DNA of 64,000 bases from contig JAJFIV010000031.1 in NCBI GenBank assembly GCA_021774625.1, positions 64,180-128,179 on the forward strand, in the 5' to 3' direction. Positions 15,319 to 22,554 of the stretch are shown piece after piece. This DNA is from Alphaproteobacteria bacterium (GTDB lineage Bacteria; Pseudomonadota; Alphaproteobacteria; Sphingomonadales; JAKSBY01). Position 1 is the first letter of the stretch; every line of letters begins with the position of its first letter. The notes beneath the pieces are model-generated. The model did not search any database. It was not told the DNA's origin and was given only the letters and a program-made list of their open reading frames with translations. The translations under genes and the position numbers were made by a program.

Positions 15319-17559
15319 GTGGCGGTTTTTGATCTTTCCCCTGACCGCCGTACGTTCCTGAAAGTCTCCGCTGTGGGTGGCGGGCTCATGATCTTTGCCC
15401 CGCAGTTGTCTGGCGCCAAACCGGCAGAGGCCGAAGGCGACGGTCAGATTGGTCTTTATGTGAAAATCAACTCCGACAATTCCGTCATCATCGGTAGCCC
15501 CGGCAGTGAGATTGGTCAGGGCACCCAGACGTCGCTTCCCATGCTGGTGGCGGAAGAGCTGGACGTGGATTTCGCGGCGGTAGAGACGGAACTCATGCCT
15601 TTCCTGACAGGGGCCGGCGAAAATGGACGGCCGCAGCAGCTTGCCTTTACATCCGGCGCCGGTGGGAGCGATGCAATCTGGGGTAGTTATGATGGAGCCA
15701 GACAGGCCGGAGCTGCGGCCCGGCACCTGATCCTGCGAGCAGCGGCAAGAAGGTTTGATGTGCCAGTCGCTGCGCTTTCGACGGAAAAAGGCACCGTCCG
15801 GCATGCGGCCAGCGGCCGTTCGCTGACTTATGGCGAACTGGCCGCCGATGCGGCGAGGGAAAGCCTTCCCGAGGGTGAATTGCCGTTGAAGGAACGTCGT
15901 GACCACACCATTATCGGTAAGCCGCAAAAGCATAAGGATGTGCGGGCGATTGTCACCGGCGAGCCGCGTTTCGGTATTGATCAGGACTATCCGGGGGCGT
16001 TGCATGCGGTGATCGCCCGCTCGCCCTATCTGGACGGCAGGGTGCGCAATGTTGACGATAGCGCCGCCCGCGCCATGCCCGGTGTCCGGCATATCGTCGC
16101 TATTGCCCGGCCCGGTCCCGGTGAAAACCCCGCCCTCAACAATCTGGCGGCCGGTGTTGCCGTTGTTGCGGACAGCCTCTGGATAGCGATGAAGGCCCGC
16201 GATGCGTTGCGGATTGACTGGGCGCCAGGGCCAGTGCGCGAAGACAGCCGCGCCGAATATGCCAAAGCGTATGAGGCCCTGAAGGGCCGCGGCCAGGTCG
16301 TCCATGAGGACGGGGCGTTCGATCGGGCGCTGGATCAGGCGGCGCAGGTGGTGGAAGCGCAGTATGAGGTTCCGCTGGTTTCCCATTCTCCGTTGGAGCC
16401 GCAAAATTGTATCGCCGATATACGCGGCGATTGTGTCACGATCATAGCGCCCACCCAGTCACCGGGCCGGGCCGCGCGGCTTGTTGCAGAAATTGCCGGT
16501 GTTGACCCATTGTCAGTCGAGGTCAGGGTTGTGCGGTGCGGCGGCGGGTTCGGGCGGCGGCTCTATCAGGACCCTGTTGTCGAAGCCGCGCTGATTTCCA
16601 AAGCCATCGGCAAGCCGGTCAAGCTGCAATGGAGCAGGGAAGACGATATGGCCCATGATTTCTATCGCCCCGGCGGCATCCATCACATGATTGCCGGGCT
16701 GGATGGAAATGGCCGGGTCACCGCCTGGGCACACCGGCTGGCGAGCCACAGCCGGATTTTCCGCGAGGCGGACGCGGCCGAAGGTTTCTGGCGATCAGAA
16801 CTGGTCCCCGATGATTTTCCAGGGCAACTGATCCCGAACTACCGGATGGAATATTTCTACCTGCCCTCTGCTGCTCCCCGTGGTTTTTGGCGGGCGCCTA
16901 TTTCCACTTCCAATGCCTTCGCCGTACAGAGTTTCGTTGATGAAGTGGCTGCTGCATCGGGGCAGGACCCGTTGGGCCTGCGACTTGCCTTGCTGGGCGA
17001 TCAGATGCGCGATATCCGCTACGATAATCACGGCGGACCGAACTGGAATCCGGGCCGCATGGCTAATGTTGTCAAAAAGGCTGCCGCCGAAGCCGGCTGG
17101 GGCGAAAATCTGCCCGGTGGAAAAGGCAGGGGCCTTGCCTTCCATTTCACCTTCGGCACCTATGTGGCGCAGATTGCCGATGTCACTGTACAGAGCAATG
17201 GCTCCTTCAAGGTCGAACGGGTCGTGGCTGCCGCCGATTGCGGCATTCCGGTCAATCCCAACGGCATCCGGGCGCAGATGGAGGGCGGGGTTAATGATGC
17301 TCTGTCAACGGCTCTGGGGCAGGAAATCACTATTCGTGACGGTCAGGTGGAACAAGCCAATTTTGACACCTATGATATGATGCGGATCGACCGGTCGGTA
17401 GCCAATGTTGATATGCATATCGTTGAAAGCGGTGGGCCGGTGCGGGGGATGGGCGAACCGCCCGTGCCGCCGCTGGCGCCTGCCGTTACAAATGCACTTT
17501 TCAATGCCACCGGCAAACGGATCCGCAAACTGCCGATCCGTGATCAACTCAGGTCTTAG
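15319..17559 (+). CDS. Molybdopterin-binding large subunit (IorB-like), Tat-exported
   Basis: 746 aa with a GTG start and the twin-arginine leader [20 protein letters not shown]. The C-terminal block [29 protein letters not shown] is typical of this family. Confidence 0.85.
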   Translation: MAVFDLSPDRRTFLKVSAVGGGLMIFAPQLSGAKPAEAEGDGQIGLYVKINSDNSVIIGSPGSEIGQGTQTSLPMLVAEELDVDFAAVETELMPFLTGAGENGRPQQLAFTSGAGGSDAIWGSYDGARQAGAAARHLILRAAARRFDVPVAALSTEKGTVRHAASGRSLTYGELAADAARESLPEGELPLKERRDHTIIGKPQKHKDVRAIVTGEPRFGIDQDYPGALHAVIARSPYLDGRVRNVDDSAARAMPGVRHIVAIARPGPGENPALNNLAAGVAVVADSLWIAMKARDALRIDWAPGPVREDSRAEYAKAYEALKGRGQVVHEDGAFDRALDQAAQVVEAQYEVPLVSHSPLEPQNCIADIRGDCVTIIAPTQSPGRAARLVAEIAGVDPLSVEVRVVRCGGGFGRRLYQDPVVEAALISKAIGKPVKLQWSREDDMAHDFYRPGGIHHMIAGLDGNGRVTAWAHRLASHSRIFREADAAEGFWRSELVPDDFPGQLIPNYRMEYFYLPSAAPRGFWRAPISTSNAFAVQSFVDEVAAASGQDPLGLRLALLGDQMRDIRYDNHGGPNWNPGRMANVVKKAAAEAGWGENLPGGKGRGLAFHFTFGTYVAQIADVTVQSNGSFKVERVVAAADCGIPVNPNGIRAQMEGGVNDALSTALGQEITIRDGQVEQANFDTYDMMRIDRSVANVDMHIVESGGPVRGMGEPPVPPLAPAVTNALFNATGKRIRKLPIRDQLRS

Positions 17560-18740
17560 ACCACCTCGAACAGCCCCGCTGCTCCCATACCGCCGCCGAC
17601 GCACATGGTGACCACCACATATTTGACGCCGCGTCGTTTGCCCTCAATGAGGGCATGGGCGGTCATGCGCGAGCCGGACATGCCATAGGGATGGCCGATG
17701 GAAATGGCGCCGCCATTAACATTGAGATTTTCATTGGGGATGCCGAGCGTATCGCGGCAGTAAAGCACTTGAACGGCGAAGGCTTCATTCAGTTCCCACA
17801 GGCCGATATCGTCCATTTTAAGCCCGTTGGCTTTCAGGACTTTGGGTACGGCAAAAACCGGACCGATACCCATTTCATCGGGCTCGACCCCGGCAACGGC
17901 TATGCCGCGGTAAATGCCGAGCGGTTCCAGACCCCGTTGTTCCGCCAGTTTGCCATCCATCAGGACACAGGCGGAGGCGCCGTCGGATAACTGGCTGGCG
18001 TTTCCTGCGGTGATGCTGGTCTCCGGCCCGATCACCGGTTTTAAACTGTTCAGGCCTTCCAGGGTCGTATTCGGTCGATTGCCTTCATCCTGTTCCAGCA
18101 GGACTTCCTTGTCGCTGATTTCCCTGGTTTCCTTGTCCTGCACCTTCATGACAGAGGGCATCGGGACAATTTCATCGTCGAATTTGCCATCGCGCTGTCC
18201 GGCTGCCGTCTGCTGCTGGCTTTGCAGCGCATACTCATCCTGCACCTCGCGGGAGATGTTATAGCGCTTAGACACCACCTCGGCGGTTTCCAGCATACTC
18301 ATATAGATATGGGGGTGTTTTGCCTTCAGTTCGGGATCCGCCGCCCGGTACATATTCATTTTATCATTCTGCACCAACGAGATAGACTCAAGCCCGCCGC
18401 CGACAACAACTTTCATGCCGTCCGTCAGAATTTGTTTTGCGGCGATGGAAATGGCCATCAGACCGGAAGCGCATTGCCGGTCAACGCTCATCCCCGCGAC
18501 CGTCACCGGCAATCCGCCGGCAAGGGCGCATTTCCGGGCAATATTCATGGCGGTGGTTCCCTGCTGCATGGCGGCGCCCATAATCACATCGTCAATTTCC
18601 GCAGGGTCGGCTTTCGATCGTGCGACAGCCTGTTCGACGGCATGACCGCCTAGCCGGGACGCATCCGTGTCATTAAAAGCGCCGCGATAAGCGCGGCCGA
18701 TGGGCGTGCGGGCAGTCGAAACAATAACAGCGTCGGACAT
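17556..18740 (-). CDS. Acetyl-CoA C-acyltransferase (thiolase)
   Basis: [17 protein letters not shown], the active-site Cys block QCASGLMAI, then GHPYGMSG and CVGGGMG. The ORF track extends to 18770, and I prefer Met11. Its stop overlaps the convergent IorB-like stop (TTAG). Confidence 0.9.
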   Translation of the reverse strand: MSDAVIVSTARTPIGRAYRGAFNDTDASRLGGHAVEQAVARSKADPAEIDDVIMGAAMQQGTTAMNIARKCALAGGLPVTVAGMSVDRQCASGLMAISIAAKQILTDGMKVVVGGGLESISLVQNDKMNMYRAADPELKAKHPHIYMSMLETAEVVSKRYNISREVQDEYALQSQQQTAAGQRDGKFDDEIVPMPSVMKVQDKETREISDKEVLLEQDEGNRPNTTLEGLNSLKPVIGPETSITAGNASQLSDGASACVLMDGKLAEQRGLEPLGIYRGIAVAGVEPDEMGIGPVFAVPKVLKANGLKMDDIGLWELNEAFAVQVLYCRDTLGIPNENLNVNGGAISIGHPYGMSGSRMTAHALIEGKRRGVKYVVVTMCVGGGMGAAGLFEVV

Positions 18741-18773
18741 GGAGGGTCTCCCAGGATCAAAAAACGACAATTG

Positions 18774-18805
18774 GTGCCGGTCTCACATTAGCGCAAGGCC
18801 GGCAC
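18774..18805 (-). terminator. Hairpin GTGCCGG-N18-CCGGCAC between the fusion gene and the thiolase
   Basis: Perfect 7-bp stem. On the minus strand a T6 run (18759-18764) follows, but only after a 9-nt gap, so it is weak as an intrinsic terminator. Confidence 0.3.
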
Positions 18806-18838
18806 GATAAAACAGCAGAAATTCCAGAATTCCGGACC

Positions 18839-20731
18839 CTATACTTCCCGGAACAGGGCACCGAACAATGCGTAATTGACTTCTGCGGCTTCGATAATAG
18901 CTTCAACATCTTCATCATTGGTCATGCTATTCACCATATCCTTGAAGTGATGCACATGATCCATATCCATGGTTCCATGGGAGCCTAGGAAGCTGAAACC
19001 CGCTCCATCATTCACGCCAATGCGATGAGCTACAAGCGCGGATACCCGTGCGGCATATTTTGCGGAAATTTCCTCCAGGGAATGAATCATGCCAAGAACC
19101 CCATAGGGATTCCGCCTTTCCGCAATATAATAATTATAACCGATCATGGCCTGAACCGGGATGGCTGGTTTGGAATTCACGATTTCATCCACGTCGCCCC
19201 CAAGAGCCTTGATATCGTTCAAAACCCATAATTCATGGCCTTTTTCTTCCGCGATGTCGTGATAAAGCGCATACCGGAGATCGCGTTTACTATCGTCGCA
19301 ACGGGCAGCTGCCGCCGCCATAGTAGGGCAGAAATGCCAGACAATATGATAAAGCTGTTCCAGGAAGTCTAGATACTCTTCCCGTGACATGCCCTCACTC
19401 AGCAGACGTTCGACACCGGGTTGCAAAACAAGGGATGCCTTGGCTTCCGCTGTTCCCTCCAGAATGCGGTCATAAACCGAGTTAAACGAGCGGTTGGCGG
19501 GCATAGCCCTTTTTTCCTTCAGGCTATGCGGAAACGCAATTTTGGTTTTTGCCAGATGCAACACTGACGCTTTAATTTCGGATTGATCATTCATCTTTTG
19601 TACTTTCCCGGGACTGGTTTCTTTTGGTCCAGAAGATATGTGCGGGGCCTCCCAAATGTTATCTTCCTTATGCGTGTTTTTTATTTCACGGACGGGCTTC
19701 ATTTCTGCCCTATTTTCTTCATTATCCGTCCCGTCGCGCTCAGACCGTTCAATCTGTGCTTTGGCCAGACGGCGCATTTTACGGATATCTAATTCGCTCA
19801 AATTCATGGCCGTATCGACCCAGCGGTCGCCGACCCGGAGCAGTTCCTCCATCGTAACCGGGTTACATTGCCGCCTTATATTATATAAAGTCTGATGAGC
19901 GTCGAATCGTTTATCGAACTTTTTCAGGTAGCCATAGAGAGCCTCCTCACCCTTGCCCTTATCTGCAAGCACATCAACGATGCCAAGTTCATGCAGATAT
20001 TCCGCCGGGTACAGCCGGCCTGAAAAAATCATTTCTTCCGCAATCATTGTGCCAGCTTTTCTTGAAAGCAAACTATAAGCCCCCATTCCTGGAAAGAGGC
20101 CAAAGAGAATTTCAGGAAATCCGAATTGGGCCCCACGTTCGGCAACCACCAGATCATTAACAAGCACAGCTTCGAAGCCGCCGCCGAGAGCATCGCCCTG
20201 GATCAGGGCAATGGTGATGATCGGAGCGGCCATATTAGTGTGATTGAGATGCGCGATCTCAATACAGGAATAAGCGTATTTCTGCATTCCTTCACGGTCT
20301 TTCTCATTCAAAAGATCGACAAAATGAAGAAGATCGCCGCCCATATTAAAAATATTTTTCTTACGGGACGCCCAGATCAGATACTTCAGGGCGGCATCGT
20401 CCACCTGCCTTCCATCGACAAACATGGAGCCGACCGCTTCATGAACAGACTTGATGTCTGCAATCAGAGTATTGGTGAAATTGGGTCGCTCCGTGTGCTT
20501 TTTAAAGCACCATAGGGCGGAATATTTATCTTCATATTCAATATCGAGTTCCGTAAGATGACTGAGGTTATGGGCTTTACGGAACTCCTGCGCGGGCCAT
20601 GACGGATCGTTAACGGCTTTTTGTGAGAGTGTGCCCATCTTCAAGGCAGTATTCCCGCCAATCAGATTCCAGATATTCTCCGCCCCTGCTTCTGTAAGCT
20701 TTTTGCGAACCGCCATTTTGCCCCTTACCAC
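18839..20731 (-). CDS. Fusion: RpfF-type DSF synthase (crotonase) domain plus heme-oxygenase-like diiron oxidase (HDO) domain
   Basis: 630 aa. Crotonase blocks are NIFNMGGDL, ALIQGDALGGGFEA and GFPEILFGLFPGMGAYS, with E187/E207 spaced 20 residues apart. A charged linker spans residues 327-410. The C-domain carries E496-x2-H499, E553/E554 and H585-x3-D589-x2-H592. Confidence 0.8.
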   Translation of the reverse strand: MVRGKMAVRKKLTEAGAENIWNLIGGNTALKMGTLSQKAVNDPSWPAQEFRKAHNLSHLTELDIEYEDKYSALWCFKKHTERPNFTNTLIADIKSVHEAVGSMFVDGRQVDDAALKYLIWASRKKNIFNMGGDLLHFVDLLNEKDREGMQKYAYSCIEIAHLNHTNMAAPIITIALIQGDALGGGFEAVLVNDLVVAERGAQFGFPEILFGLFPGMGAYSLLSRKAGTMIAEEMIFSGRLYPAEYLHELGIVDVLADKGKGEEALYGYLKKFDKRFDAHQTLYNIRRQCNPVTMEELLRVGDRWVDTAMNLSELDIRKMRRLAKAQIERSERDGTDNEENRAEMKPVREIKNTHKEDNIWEAPHISSGPKETSPGKVQKMNDQSEIKASVLHLAKTKIAFPHSLKEKRAMPANRSFNSVYDRILEGTAEAKASLVLQPGVERLLSEGMSREEYLDFLEQLYHIVWHFCPTMAAAAARCDDSKRDLRYALYHDIAEEKGHELWVLNDIKALGGDVDEIVNSKPAIPVQAMIGYNYYIAERRNPYGVLGMIHSLEEISAKYAARVSALVAHRIGVNDGAGFSFLGSHGTMDMDHVHHFKDMVNSMTNDEDVEAIIEAAEVNYALFGALFREV

Positions 20732-20824
20732 TAATAGTGTTTTATATCGTTCGTTTGCTACTTCCTTATTCTAACAGTATTTCTCCAGCTTTGTGAACCA
20801 CTTATTCATACTTTGTTAAGCATC

Positions 20825-20852
20825 TGGTTCTAGTAATAGTAGGATGGTTCTA
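20825..20852. promoter_or_regulatory. Direct repeats TGGTTCTA-N12-TGGTTCTA in the AT-rich divergent promoter region
   Basis: Exact 8-mers lie at 20825-20832 and 20845-20852, 20 bp apart. Degenerate copies are GGTTTTCCTA at 20871 and GAGTTCTTA at 20892. Confidence 0.3.
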
Positions 20853-20953
20853 AAAATATTAAAATTTCAAGGTTTTCCTAGGCTTGAGCTGGAGTTCTTA
20901 GATTCAGCATTTGATGATTTGGGCCATGCAGGGCGGTAAAATTGTGAGGCCGG

Positions 20954-22543
20954 ATGTCTTATATCATAATAGTTGATGACCGTGTAACGAATCGGAAGAT
21001 TTGGGCGCAAATGGCCGCCAAGGTCGAAGACGATGTTGAGATTGAGACATTTTCCAATCCGCAGGAAGCGCTGGAACGGGTCCAGCGTAAAATCCCTGAT
21101 CTCATCATAACAGATTTTAAGATGCCCGAAATGGATGGCGCGGAATTCATCCGTCGGTTCCGCAAACTCAGATTTTGCGTTGATGTGCCGGTCATCGTTG
21201 TTTCGGTCTATGAGGATAAAGAATTCCGTTATGAGGCCCTGGAGGCTGGTGCAACGGACTTTCTGATGAGCCCCATCGATCAGTATGAGTTCCGGACCCG
21301 CGCCCGCAACCTGCTGATTCTGCGCCGGCAGCAGGAATTACTGAAGAAAAAGGCAAGCTCGCTCGAAAATGAGCTTGTTTACTCGCTCCGAAAACACCGT
21401 CAGGCGATGCATGGAAGCCGGCGGCAGCTGATTACGGTGATCGATACGGTTCCGGCCATGATTTACGCGGCGGATACCGAAGATACCTGTCTTTTTATTA
21501 ATCAGTATGCGGCAAATTACATGGGCGGCGATTCTGTTGATTTTGTCGGCAAATCCCTGAGCGAGGTTTTTGGAACCGAAAAGGCTGAACGGGATGCAAA
21601 ATTTGACGCAGATATTTTGACTCATAGGGAGAGCCTTCCCAGTTATGAAGAAGTTTTTATTGATCAATATGGCGTTTCACGAACCTTTTTGACCACGAAA
21701 TCTCTTCTTAAGGACCCCGAGGGGGGGGAGGATACAGTCATAACGGTATCCATGGATATTACACCCCGCAAGCTGATGGAGGATGCGCTCAGAACGGCCA
21801 AGGAGGCCTCAGAGGCGGCGAACAGGGCAAAGACCGAATTTCTTGCCAATATGAGCCATGAACTAAGGACACCATTGAATGCCATTATCGGCTTTTCCGA
21901 CTTGATGCTAGAGGGAAAACTGGGGCCACTCGGCAATGACCGCTATTCGGAATATGCCAATGACATTAATTCCAGCGCCCGCCATCTTCACGGCATTATT
22001 AACGATATTCTTGATCTGGCTAAAATTGAGGAAGGCAAGCTCGACCTCTATGAGGAAGAGGTCAAACTCAAGGATATGATGCTGGAATTGACCCGTATGC
22101 TCTCAGATGAAGCAGCACGCCGCAAAATTTCACTTGAAACAGATATTGATGAAAATTTACCGAATGTTCTGGCCGACGAAAACAAAATCAAGCAAATCAT
22201 TTTAAATCTGCTCTCTAATGCTGTGAAATTCTGTAAGGCGGAGGGGCGGATATCCGTTACTGCAGAACTACTTTATGATGACTGCATCCAGATATCCGTC
22301 CAGGATACCGGGATTGGCATGTCTGAAGAGGAAATTGCTGTCGCCAGGTCCCGTTTTGGCCAGGTGCATGATGATACACATACAAAACCTTATCCAGGAA
22401 CCGGGTTGGGCTTGCCGCTTTCCATTGGATTGATCGAGTTGCATGGCGGTACACTTGAAATTTTCAGCGAGAAAGGAAAGGGTACAAAGGTTGCGATTGT
22501 CTTTCCTTCGGCAAGGACATGTTTGCCGGCTGAAGCGCAATAG
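20954..22543 (+). CDS. Cytoplasmic REC-PAS-histidine kinase
   Basis: The N-terminal receiver is IIIVDD...DLIITDFKMPEMDG, followed by a central PAS-like region. The H-box is MSHELRTPLNAIIGFSDL and the ATPase blocks are LLSNAVKF, DTGIGM and GTGLGLPLS. No TM segments are present. Confidence 0.85.
   Translation: MSYIIIVDDRVTNRKIWAQMAAKVEDDVEIETFSNPQEALERVQRKIPDLIITDFKMPEMDGAEFIRRFRKLRFCVDVPVIVVSVYEDKEFRYEALEAGATDFLMSPIDQYEFRTRARNLLILRRQQELLKKKASSLENELVYSLRKHRQAMHGSRRQLITVIDTVPAMIYAADTEDTCLFINQYAANYMGGDSVDFVGKSLSEVFGTEKAERDAKFDADILTHRESLPSYEEVFIDQYGVSRTFLTTKSLLKDPEGGEDTVITVSMDITPRKLMEDALRTAKEASEAANRAKTEFLANMSHELRTPLNAIIGFSDLMLEGKLGPLGNDRYSEYANDINSSARHLHGIINDILDLAKIEEGKLDLYEEEVKLKDMMLELTRMLSDEAARRKISLETDIDENLPNVLADENKIKQIILNLLSNAVKFCKAEGRISVTAELLYDDCIQISVQDTGIGMSEEEIAVARSRFGQVHDDTHTKPYPGTGLGLPLSIGLIELHGGTLEIFSEKGKGTKVAIVFPSARTCLPAEAQ
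21721..21728 (+). repeat. G8 homopolymer inside the REC-PAS-kinase CDS
   Basis: Read directly (ga gggggggg ag, encoding PEGGED). Confidence 0.9.
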
Positions 22544-22554
22544 CGTCGATTGCA

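Noticed and set aside
15229-16404. Long antisense ORFs opposite well-supported genes. Examples: 15229-16404(-), 28735-29847(+), 33052-34263(+), 48750-50018(+), 51089-52399(+), 52572-53423(-), 54148-55173(-), 60626-61534(-), 63172-63966(-).
   Set aside because: Their translations are Arg/Gly/Pro/His-rich with no recognisable motifs. The opposite strand in each case carries clear family signatures and signal peptides. This is the typical shadow-ORF pattern of GC-rich DNA.
17556-17559. Convergent thiolase and IorB-like genes share overlapping stop codons (TTAG read on both strands).
   Set aside because: The overlap is real but trivial. It only shows there is no room for a terminator between them.
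17556-18740. Thiolase as part of the signal-synthase module, supplying acyl-CoA precursors.
   Set aside because: It is on the same strand and only 98 nt downstream. However, its GC is clearly higher (37/60 spot count) and a hairpin separates the genes. I treat it as a neighbouring housekeeping gene, though co-transcription is not excluded.
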